Part shown: piece after piece, positions 10,065 to 19,897 of the stretch
Position numbering within the stretch: position 1 is the first letter of the stretch
How the letters are laid out: each line of letters opens with the position of its first letter
DNA from: Malacoraja senta
Lineage: Eukaryota
NCBI GenBank assembly: GCA_038087875.1
Contig: JAXLNO010000467.1
Span: 116,855 to 136,854 of the forward strand
Direction of reading: 5' to 3'
Length of the DNA: 20,000 nt
Translations under genes and position numbers: made by a program
Notes under the pieces: model-generated
What the model saw: the letters and a program-made list of their open reading frames with translations, nothing else
Databases searched by the model: none
What the model was told of the DNA's origin: nothing

Positions 10065-10690
10065 TCCATTTTTAAAATCTCAAAATTTTGTAACATTGCT
10101 AAACATTGGCCGTTTGCTCACTGCATTTCATCCACTAAGGCATTATTTGTGTTTTTTCTTGATTCCTTTGGCATCTAAAAAGTTTCAGAAGGGATAATCG
10201 CCCCTGGTTCTCGTGGGTTTTTACATACAAAAATAAAACACCTCTGAAGCAAAATTTACAACCAGATTTACCACTTCTGAGACTTTTTAGATACCAAAGA
10301 AATAAAAAACAAAACAAATAATGCCTTACCGTTAATGAAATGCAGCGAACAAACGCGATAAATACCGATATTTTCAATTCCGATATTTGCACGACCAATG
10401 TTCGCCAAGCACTTTAGCTGTTGTTGTCCCTTCAGCTCTCGCTTCTCTTTACCTTAATTTCGCTTCACTTTTGGAATTCTGAAGTTGGGTAAATGTCTCT
10501 CACGCTTACCCCGACTTCCACAATTTTTTACAGCGAAAAAATGCAACATTTTGGCGGTTTTTAACAGGTAGGAAAGTACGCGTTTCTTGTATTAATAACA
10601 TATACCGGAAGTTACGGATGTCCTCCAGATGGATTGAGCGGCTCCGTGCGTCAAGCCCTATGACCCGGTGACCTTCCGTGAAACCTCCCT
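10065..10690 (-). mobile_element. Non-autonomous fold-back DNA transposon with THAP relics (probably ISL2EU / PIF-Harbinger group)
   Basis: Putative terminus on the minus strand AT|AGGGAGGTTTCACGGAAGGTCAC at 10690. Contains a THAP exon and an internal inverted repeat (about 10111-10195 vs 10270-10355). The other end appears lost at the LINE junction. Confidence 0.6.
10330..10549 (-). pseudogene. Degenerate THAP exon (MLHFFAVKNCGSRGKRERHLPNFRIPKVKRN*GKEKRELKGQQQLKCLANIGRANIGIENIGIYRVCSLHFING)
   Basis: Hand translation from ccgccaaaATG at 10549, with FRIP and RVCSLHFI motifs and donor G|gtaagg at 10330/10329. TAA at 10456-10454; the first Cys reads F and the conserved Trp reads C. Confidence 0.8.
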
Positions 10691-10710
10691 ATAGGCTGGT
10701 CTGCAGTTCC

Positions 10711-11243
10711 TTGTTCCATCATCTTATTCTAATTGCTGACTCCAAATACTACGTTTCCTCATCTGTTCTTGCCCCATCAGAGATATTATCCCCTTTGTTC
10801 CACCAATCCACCACGACCTCTCTCTACAACTGAAAAACAACTTCTTTTTGTTGCTGTTTCCTACTCTGGTGAAGGGTCTCTGATCTGAAACTGAACTGTT
10901 TCTCCACAAATGCTGTCTAACCTGCGGAATGTTTTTTGAATTTTCTTCCATTTTAATTTCAGATTTTCAGCATTTGCAGTTCTTTGCTTTACACGTTGAT
11001 TTTGATGTTGTGACCTGCCAACAATGAATCAAAGGAGATCAGATACGTGGTGTCGTAATCTACTGGGATTCAAGTAACTAGTAAGTGTTTCAATGGAAAG
11101 GTTCTGCCTACTCGGGATGGGACTCCATTTAAGTTTAGTTTAGAGATACAGCACGGAAACAGGCCCTTCAGCCCACCGAGTCCACGCCGACCAGCGATCC
11201 CCGCACACTAACACGATCCCACACACACTAGGGATAATTTACA
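10711..11243 (+). repeat. Local duplication, copy A (copy B at 19293-19830)
   Basis: Near-identical text from CATCATCTTATTCTAA to CACACACTAGGGA in both places; roughly 90% identity by eye. Confidence 0.95.
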
Positions 11244-11250
11244 CTGAAAC
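11130..11250 (-). mobile_element. HE1-like SINE 3' fragment
   Basis: Minus strand ends GGGCTGAAGGGCCTGTTTCCGTGCTGTATCTCTAAACTAAAC, a tail shared with the CR1/HER1-like LINE. Confidence 0.75.
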
Positions 11251-12678
11251 CAAGTAGACCGTGGGCCGAGGTGCTTTTTCGTTTCATTTTGTGAGCCAAA
11301 TTACGTATCTACCTGTATTTGTAAAATATGATGTAAACAAATTATATAAATCATACCTGCAACTGGGAAAGAACAAAACCTGCACATATATTTAAAATAT
11401 CAGAAAAACCTTAAAAGGAGGCCTAAAGATTCTGAATCCTTGGGGAAAAAAAGTAACACGTCAGCTCTGCTTTGGAGAAGCACAGACTGGATCTCAATAG
11501 TTCGGAAATGTTGGATATATCTAATGTAATTGAGTTTAAAATAAGCAACATATCATAAAAGTAAAAATTAGGAAAAGAAAATTTGCACTTAATGAATAAC
11601 ACATTTGGAAAAATATATTCAAGTTTTCCACCACTCCAAAGTTAAGAATAAAATCACCCTTGCAACAGGTTCCATAGGCTAACGGCCAAATTGATTAGAA
11701 TCAATTATTATTTGAAAAACTGCATTTAATATTTCAAACAGATTTACATTATGTTGTGGAATTTTTGTCAGAAGTTTAGGTGTCCAATCCTCATCTGACT
11801 CGCTGGATTCATAAACTTGGGTTTGATGCTTTCTGCTCTGATTTGTCATGAATTCTGGCTTTGGTACATTTAATCCTGTGAAAAATAAAACATGCTCATC
11901 ATCTGTTATGGCCAACTTCAGGTATTTATCTTCATTGAACATACCAGTGCAAAATATCTGTGGAAACATCACTTTGCAATGTTATCGTTATTAATATTTC
12001 CTCCAGAGTATTCACGCTATTATTCAATTGATCATGTCTACTTGACAAAGACAGCAAACAACCTTAACATTATTTTTCAGAGTTAAAGAATAATCAACGG
12101 ATGAGTATGTGTCTATTTCCAGGTCAGAAATCGCAATGACCAATCTTTCAGTTTCACACATCTGTGTGGTAAGTGAAATAGATCAGAATCCTTCTTTCCA
12201 TTCCTCCAGGTTTAAAGTAATGGCTGATTGGCCAAATTAGAGATGTCACAAAATGGAGGATCTTTGCATTTGCAAGGCATACTTGGCCTCTTTCTGTGAA
12301 GAGTTTCAAGCTGTGAGTCACAGCTTCAAAGTGTCTGGACCCTCGATGGAAGTTAAGGATAAGGTGAGGTCCAGATGTCCTTTTCTTTGTTAAAATGTTG
12401 ACGACTTTGCAGAAGAGCTCAGAGGTGTTGCAAATGCATGGTCAGGATTGGTCAGATAAGGCAGGGCTGCCAACTCTTACGCTGAGCGTGAGAATCACGC
12501 ATTTGAACAAATCTTCACGCTGATCACAAATTTCACACGCTCTGTCGTAAGAAATTCTGTGATCAACGAAAATTTCAAAACTCAGATAAGCTGCATGGGC
12601 CGTGGGTGTTGGAGAGCTGAGGCTGAGGGAGGGATGGAAGCAGAACCAGCAGCGGGGACAGTTGCGGGGAGCCGGCGC

Positions 12679-12780
12679 TTGCGAGTGTTTGCGTGGCTGG
12701 CGAGTGTTTGCGTGACTGGCGAGTGTTTGCAGGCTGGCGAGTGTTTGCCGGGCTGGCGAGTGTTTGCGGGCTGGCGAGTC
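12679..12780. repeat. About 17-18-bp tandem repeat GGCTGGCGAGTGTTTGC(G/C), about 5-6 copies
   Basis: Direct reading; about 1.5 copies occur in the second left arm at 14070-14097. Confidence 0.9.
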
Positions 12781-12885
12781 GCTCGCTGCAGCTCCGGCCA
12801 TGGAGCAATGCAAGATTTCCGGGCCGTCGGAAGCGTTGCGCCGCTGCCGTGAGAGTCTCTGTGCCGAAGGGACAGAGACTCTGCA

Positions 12886-13879
12886 AGGGAGGCGGAGAGA
12901 GAGAGAGAGAGGGGGAGAGAGGGAGGGGGGGGAGGAGACAGAGGGAGAGGAGGGGAGGTAGGGAGAGAGAGAAGTGAGATAGAGAGAGGGGGAGAGAGAG
13001 GGGGGGGAAGAGAAAGAGAGGGGAAAGAGGAAGAGAGAGGAAAGAGGGAAGAGAGGGGTGGTAAAATAGAGGGGGAAGAGGGAGAGGGGAAAAAAGAGGG
13101 GGGCAAAGAGAAAGAGAGAGGGGGAGAGGAGGGGAGAGAGAGGGAGAAAGAGGGTGAGAGGAGGAGATAGAGAGGGAGAAGAAAGAGAGAGGGAGAAAGA
13201 GAGAGAGGGGGGAGGGAGAGGGAGACAGAGTTAGGTGGGAGAGGGGGGGGAGAGAGAGGGGGAGGGGAGGGATAGAGGGGGTGAGAGGAGAGAGGGAGGG
13301 AGGTGGGAGGGGAGAGAGAGAGAGGGGGGAGAAAGAGAAGAGGAGAGGGCGACAGAGAATTGGAGAGAGAGTGGGGGGAGAGAGAGAGAGGGGTGGTAAA
13401 AGAGGGGAAGAGAGAGGGGGAAAGATAAATGGGGAAAAGAGAGAGAGAGAGAGAGAGAGAGGGGGGGCAAAGAGAAAGAGATAGAGAGAGGAGAAAGAGA
13501 GAGGGGAGAGAGCAAGGGGAGAGTGAGATGGGAGGGAGAAATGGAGAGAGAGGGGGGAGAGGGAGAGAGTGGAGAGAGGGGGAAGAAAGAGAGAGGGAGG
13601 GAGAGAGGATGGGGGGAGAGAGACAGGAGAGGGGATGAGAGAGGGGGACAGTGAGGTGGGAGGGAGAGAGGGGAGGGGAGAGAGGAGAAATGGAGAGAGG
13701 GAAGGGGAGAGAGGGGGGTGAAAGGAGAGAGAGCGAGAGACAGAGGGAGAGAGGGCGAGGAGAGGAGAGAGCGGAATAGATGGGGAGAGAGTGGGAGGAG
13801 AGTGAGGTGGGAGGGATAGAGAGGGGAGGGAGAGGGGGACAGAGATGAGAGAGGGGGGCTGAGAGGGGGGATAGAGAGG
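12886..13879. repeat. About 1-kb GA-rich polypurine low-complexity tract
   Basis: Almost only G and A on the + strand. It explains the 446- and 451-aa P/S/L-rich ORFs. Confidence 0.97.
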
Positions 13880-14196
13880 CAGGGCTGCCAACTCCCATGC
13901 ATTGAGCGTGAGAATCACGCATTTCACCAAATTCTCACGCTGATCACAAATTTCTCACGCTCTGTCGTGAGAAATTCTGTGATCAACGAAAATATCAAAA
14001 CTCATATAAACCCATGGGTGTTGGAAGCAGAAGCAGCGGCGGGGACAGATGCGGACGGGGAGCGAGACAGGCGAGTGTTTGCCGGGCTGGCGAGTCGCTC
14101 ACTGCAGCTCCGGCCATGGAGCAGCCTCAGTGCAAATGTCCCGGGCCATCAGAGGCGTCGGAAGCGTTGCGCCGCTGCCGTGAGAGTCTCTGTGCC
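13880..14196 (+). mobile_element. Second left arm of the CAGGGCTGCCAAC family
   Basis: Aligns with 12462-12865 (GAGCGTGAGAATCACGCATTT ... GCCGTGAGAGTCTCTGTGCC) with indels. Confidence 0.88.
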
Positions 14197-14329
14197 AAAT
14201 TCTCCCTGGTGACCGGCATGGATCAGGCTGCAGCTCGGTGCATGCGTAGAAACGGTGGAAGATAGTGGATTTCAAATGGGAGTGGTTGGAGAAAGCATCC
14301 TGCTTGCCTGCCAGATTTTCACTTCCTGT

Positions 14330-14670
14330 AACTGCAGGAAAAATGATCCCGATGTTGGGGGAGTTCAGAACCAGGGGTCGCAGTTTAAGAATAAAGGGTA
14401 GGCCAGTTAGGACTGAGATGAGGACAAACTTTCTTCACGCAGAGAGTTGTAAATCTGGAATTCTCTGCCACAGAAGGCAGTGCAGGCCAATTCACTGGAT
14501 GTTTTCAAGAGAGAGTTACATTTACTTCTTGGGGATAACAAAATCAAGGGATATGGGAAAAAACAGGAAAGGTACTGATTTTAGATGAATAGCCATGATC
14601 ATATTGAATGGCAGTGCTAGCTCGAAGGGCCGATGGCCTATTCCTGCACCTATTTTCTATGTTTCTATGC
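14330..14670 (+). mobile_element. CR1/HER1-like LINE 3' end
   Basis: AGKMIPMLGEFRTRGRSLRIKGRPVRTEMRTNF plus tail CCTGCACCTATTTTCTATGTTTCTATG. Confidence 0.9.
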
Positions 14671-14739
14671 TTGAGTATATGGCAATATAACTCGATCACT
14701 TGATTTTGAAGCATTCATGCATGGTGGAGGTATAATGTA

Positions 14740-14962
14740 GTCATAGAGTGATACAGTGTGAAAACAGGCCCTTCGGCGCAACTTGCCCACACCCGCCAAC
14801 ATGTCCCAGCTACACTACCTGATTTTGGTCCATATCCCTCCAAACCTGTCCTATCCATGTATCGGTCTAACTGTTTCTTAAATGTTGGGATGGTCCCTGC
14901 CTCTACTACCTCCTCTAGCAGCTTGTTCCATACACCCACCACCCTATGTGTGGAAAAAGTTA
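14740..14962 (-). mobile_element. CR1/HER1-like LINE 3' end (same subfamily as 970-1575)
   Basis: VVGVWNKLLEEVVEAGTIPTFKKQLDRYMD plus tail. Confidence 0.88.
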
Positions 14963-14964
14963 TC

Positions 14965-15204
14965 CTTAAAAGTTACCTCTTAAAAATACTTCATACAAAA
15001 AACATTGAAATCATACTTCTACAATGCATTAAAACATGATTTGAATACATCAAATTTCAAAAAGTCCCTACCCTGTGAGGGGGGACACCCTACTTCCACA
15101 CCCTCTCCCCATTCAGTTGCTCCACTCCCTCACCGGGTACCCCCAAGGTGAGTGATCAGTGATCGCTCAGCCTCCCCATTTTCAAAAACACTCCGCGGCC
15201 CCTG
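14965..15204. mobile_element. Orphan hAT-like terminus and subterminal region
   Basis: Ends CTCCGCGGCCCCTG (reverse complement CAGGGGCCGCGGAG). The upstream AATTTCAA...GAGGGGGGACACC resembles the subterminal region at 18630-18690. Confidence 0.45.
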
Positions 15205-15431
15205 GTTCAGACAGAGAACACAGCGGGGAACTGAGGCCAGTTGTCCGTGATGTCTGGATCCCAATGCTCAGCGCTTCATGTTTCGGAGTAGGCTAATGTT
15301 ATTGATTTGTAAGTAGCCTGATTTGTAATTAGTTGACAAAACCTTAATTTATTAATCCGGAATATCCAGGGGGATGGGATTAGTGTAATATTAAAATGAC
15401 ATGCAAGGTGTCAGGCTGTCTGTCACAACGT

Positions 15432-16057
15432 ACAGCCCTGCTGAAAGACTCATCCATGCCTTCATCTCCTCCCGACTGGACTACTGCAACTCTCTTCTCT
15501 TTGGCATTAATTCCAGCAACATCAACCGAATCCAACTGGTCCAGAATGCAGCCGCCCGACTCATCACCCACACCAAATCCTGGCACCACATCACCCCAGT
15601 TCTCAAAGAACTTCACTGGCTTCCCATTTCCCACCGGATCATCTACAAAATCCTGATCCTCACCTACAAAGCCCTCAACCACTTGGCCCCCCCTTATCTC
15701 ACTGACCTCCTCTCCCCCTACCAATCCTCACGGTCCCTCAGATCCACATCAGCTGGTCTCCTCTCCACTCCGAAATCAAACCTCTGCACTTTTGGAGGCA
15801 GAGCCTTCTCCAGGGCAGCTCCCAGGCTCCGGAATTCCCTCCCACAACTGATCCGAAATTCTGAGTCCCTCACCATCTTCCAGTCCCGCCTCAAGACCCA
15901 TCTCTTCACCTCTGCATACCCTTAGTCCCATGTCCCCCTCCCCTTTGCATCTCTGTCTTACTGCTCTTTTTTTTTTTTTTTACTCTCAATGTAAAGCGAC
16001 TTTGAGTCCTTGAAAAGCGCTATATAAATAAAATATTATTATTATTATTATTATTAT
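15432..16057 (+). mobile_element. L2-clade LINE 3' fragment
   Basis: AERLIHAFISSRLDYCNSLL...IQLVQNAAARL...HITPVLKELHWLP...FQSRLKTHLF; 3' UTR GTAAAGCGACTTTGAG...AAAAGCGCTATATAAAT followed by (ATT)n. Confidence 0.93.
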
Positions 16058-16777
16058 TTCCTTCAGTTAAATATTGGGCAGGTAGCACTATTGTCATTTG
16101 CCACTCAATTATTATGTTTGTTTACCTCACTGACTATTTCTAACCCCCCCCCCCACCCCCACCCAAATTCCTTTGACAGGTTGAATAGAAATGACCCCAA
16201 TCTGGTTGTTTTATTAATTGAACACGTAGATGAACATCCTCAAGGAGTGTAATCAGATGGAAACTGATTCAGATGTGATATTTAAGAGCTTGTTCAAAGA
16301 TGGGGCATATTTTAAAGGAGTGACAGAGACACTTGCAGGGAATGTGTGAGGAGATTATTGTTTGTCTTTAGTTTTACCTTGAACCAGGACATCTGAAGAT
16401 TCAAAGTTTAATATAGTAATTGTGCTGATGCTGATGGCATCATAAAAGTTTTACTTTTATGATGCCATTTCAATGTAAGAGTAATTGGGAATGGGGAGCA
16501 TTGGAACAAAAATTTGCCCTCGGTACATATTAACTGTAATGTAATAATGTATGCATGTTGGGAGGTGCAATCAAAACAAAGATCTTTTTTATCATTGTTG
16601 TGTTATGAATACCACAGAAAGTATTATGTACTCTCAAGATCACATTTAATAGAATAATATTGCTTAAATATATAGTTATTGGACTTTGCATTTCGGAAAA
16701 GTCCCAGCTGAGAGGAAGACAGCAAAATACTGAAAATATTGGGGTGAAAATGACTTCAGGACAGGAAAATGAAAGAA

Positions 16778-18232
16778 ATAGACAATAGGTGCAGGAGTAG
16801 GCCATTCGGTCCTTCGAGCCAGCACCGCCATTCAATGTGATCATGGCTGATCATCCCCAATCAATAGCCCGTTCCTGACTTAGATACATAGATACATAGA
16901 AAATAGGTGCAGGAGTAGGCCATTCGGATCATGGCTGATCATCCAACTCAGTATCCCGTAGCTGCCTTCTCTCCATACCCCCTGATCCCCTTAGCCACAA
17001 GGGCCACATCTAACTCCCTCTTAAATATAGCCAATGAACTGGCCTCAACTACCCTCTGTGGCAGAGAGTTACAGAGATTCACCACTCTCTGTGTGAAAAA
17101 GTTTGTCCTCATCTCGGTCTTAAAGGATTTCCCCCTTATCCTTAAGCTGTAACCCCTTGTCCTGGACTTCCCCAACATCGGGAACAATCTTCCTGCATCT
17201 AGCCTGTCCAACCCCATAAGAATTTTGTACGTTTCTATAAGATCCCCTCTCAATCTTCTAAATTCTAGCGAGTATAAGCCAAGTCTATCCAGTCTTTCTT
17301 CATATGAAAGTCCTGACATCCCAGGATTCAGTCCGGTGAACCTTCTCTGCACTCCCTCTATGGCTATAATGTCCTTCCTCAGATTTGGAGACCAAAACTG
17401 TACGCAATACTCCAGGTGTGGTCTCACCAAGACCCTGTACAACTGCAGTAGAACCTCCCCGCTCCTATACTCAAATCCTTTTGCTATGAAAGCTAACATA
17501 CCATTCGCTTTCTTCACTGCCTGCTGCACCTGCATGCCTACTTTCAATGACTGGTGTACACTGCCCACCAGCTTCGTGTCATCCGCAAACTTGGAGATGT
17601 TGCATTCAATTCCCTCATCCAGATCATTAATATAAATTGTAAATAGCTGGGGTCCCAGCACTGAGCCTTGCGGTACCCCACTAGTCACTGCCTGCCATTG
17701 TGAAAAGGACCCGTTTACTCCTACTCTTTGCTTCCTGTTTGCCAGCCAGTTCTCTATCCACATCAATACTGAACCCCCAATACGGTGTGCTTTAAGTTTG
17801 TATACTAATCTCTTATGTGGTACCTTGTCGAAAGCCTTCTGAAAGTCCAGATGACAAATAAAGGAATCTCTAATCTCTAATCTCTAATCCACTGGTTCTC
17901 CCCTATCCACTCTACTAGTTACATCCTCGAAAAATTCTATAAGATTCGTCACACATGTTTTACCTTTCGTAAATCCATGCTGACTATGTCGAATGATTTC
18001 ACCACTTTCCAAATGTGCTGCTATCCCATCTTTAATAAGTGACTCTAGCAGTTTCCCCACTAGATGTTAGACTAACTGGTCTGTAATTCCCCGTTTTCTC
18101 TCTCCCTCCCTTCTTAAAAAGTGGGGTTACGTTTGCTACCCTCCAATCCTCAGGAACTACTCCAGAATTTAAAGAGTTTTGAAAAATTATCACTAATGCA
18201 TCCACTATTTCTGGAGCTACTTCCTTAAGTAC
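16778..18232 (-). mobile_element. CR1/HER1-like LINE RT and C-terminal fragment, plus a second short 3' tail (16778-16880)
   Basis: 272-aa ORF with SGVPQGSVLGP, FADDTKL and [15 protein letters not shown]. It has an internal deletion at about 17560 relative to the 7830-8035 copy. Confidence 0.95.
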
Positions 18233-18783
18233 TCGGGTTAAGTCCAGGGGGTCAGATATGGGGCTTTATGTGTGGGCCAGATATATTGTCAGTGCAAAGG
18301 GGCTAGGGGCAAGGCCAAGTGTACATCCAGAGTCAAGGTCTGGTATAGTAAAGGTGTGCAGTCAAAGCTGGGACCAGGGGAGTGTTCAGCACTGGGAACC
18401 TAAGCAGGTAAGCAGCTATGATCAGGGTAGAATAGGGGGCCAGGTGTAAGGCTGGACTCGGGGACAGGAATGAGAGAAGGTATGCAACTGGAGTCAGGGC
18501 CAGGAGTAGTACCAGGTGTGCAGTGAGACCCAGGTTGGTCAGCATGGGCCAAGTGTTTGATTATAACCTGATAACCATACATGAATATACTAAGATGCAC
18601 CATATGAATACAGTATGCACCATATTGCACAATTTCAAGCTTAAAAATGCATAAGTTCCGTACCAATGGGAGGGGGGACATCCTCCACTCGCAATTTCTC
18701 ACTCCCAACTCCCACCCAATGTTGGCAGCCCTGGATAAGGTGGAGTTGTAAATACTGTTAATTATGTTGCAGAATGTTTGTTC

Positions 18784-19292
18784 TGTTATCTTGTGATTTG
18801 TTAAAGTGTGAAGCCTTGTTCAGATTGTTTATAATTACCTGGGGAAATGTTTCTATACCTATGTAAATTATGTCAACGGAGTCCCTGCTGGAACTTTCTG
18901 TTGAAGCAATGTAATGGGATACTTTGTGATTAGGTTAGGGAACTGTCAATAACTGTATAATGTAATTGATATTTGTGATTGGTTTGTAGGGGCTGCCACC
19001 CCCATTTAGTTTCATGCTACAAGGTCCAATGACCTATAAAAGAGTGAACCCCACATGGATCGGAGTCGATCTTCTGGAGGTTCAGTTGGGACTGTGTGAC
19101 TGTCTGGAGGTGTCTGCTCGCATGAGGCTGAAGGGCTTGAGCGAGTAGAGACAAGGATCGGACCCGCGGTGGTTAGGTATCGTATAGGAAGTTTGTGATT
19201 GTTGGGAAGAATAAAGAATAGTTGATCCAGTGCTTGACTCAGTGTTTTACTGAACTAGACTAAGGGGGGTAAGCTGTAGGAGCAGAATTACA
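18784..19292 (+). mobile_element. Solo LTR (509 bp)
   Basis: TGTTAT...ATTACA ends; CCAAT 19026, TATAAAA 19035, AATAAA 19210. 4-bp TSD GTTC/GTAC. Empty site TTGTTCCATCATC at 10711. Confidence 0.8.
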
Positions 19293-19830
19293 GTACCATC
19301 ATCTTATTCTAAATGCTGACTCCAAATACTACGTTTCCTCATCTGTTCTTGCCCCATCAGAGATATTCTCCCCTTTGTTCCACCAATCCACCACAACCCC
19401 TCTCTACAAGTGAAAAACAACTTGTTTTTTGTTGCTGTTTCCTACTCTGGTGAAGGGTCTCTGATCTGAAACTGAACTGTTTCTTTCTCCACAAATGCTC
19501 TCTAACCTGCTGAATGTTTTTTGAATTTTCTTCCATTTTTATTTCAGATTTTCAGCATCTGCGGTTCTTTGCTTTACACGTTGATTTTGATGTTGTGACC
19601 TGTCAACAATGAATCAAAGGAGATCAGATACGTGGTGTCGTAATCTACTGGGATTCAAGTAACTAGTAAGTGTTTCAATGGGAAGGTTCTGCCTACTCGG
19701 GATGGGACTCCATTTTAGTTTAGTTTAGAGATACAGCACGGAAGCAGGCCCTTCAGCCCACCGAGTCCATGCCGACCAGTGATCCACGCACACAAACACT
19801 ATCCTACACACACTAGGGACAATGTACACA
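19293..19830 (+). repeat. Local duplication, copy B
   Basis: See copy A at 10711-11243. Confidence 0.95.
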
Positions 19831-19897
19831 TATAACAAGCAAATTTACCTACAAACCTGTACGTTTTTTGAGTGGGGGAGGAAACGTACGCAGGTCA
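19714..19897 (-). mobile_element. HE1-like SINE fragment
   Basis: Same tail and insertion point as 11130. It extends further into the SINE body (ACCTACAAACCTGTACGT...GGGAGGAAAC...CGCAGGTCA). Confidence 0.75.

Larger units (their letters stand above)
12462..18733 (+). mobile_element. 6.27-kb non-autonomous TIR element (13-bp perfect TIR CAGGGCTGCCAAC, 7-bp TSD GATAAGG) with nested insertions
   Basis: GATAAGG(12455-12461)|CAGGGCTGCCAAC ... GTTGGCAGCCCTG|GATAAGG(18734-18740). Subterminal GTGAGA/TCACGC motif clusters. No transposase visible. Confidence 0.82.

Noticed and set aside
9124..10197. 357-aa ORF as a domesticated endonuclease or endonuclease-THAP fusion
   Set aside because: It is a chance read-through across three adjacent fragments (antisense LINE, LINE endonuclease, fold-back arm). 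The THAP CSLHF motif is out of frame and the first catalytic Asn reads Phe.
12253..12460. Plus-strand frame MEDLCICKAYLASFCEEF...
   Set aside because: Short, interrupted by stops, with no recognisable domain.
12575..13930. 451- and 446-aa ORFs
   Set aside because: Antisense of the GA-rich tract; P/S/L low complexity.
16948..17766. 272-aa RT ORF as an active LINE
   Set aside because: It is 5'-truncated and has an internal deletion just after FADDTKL.
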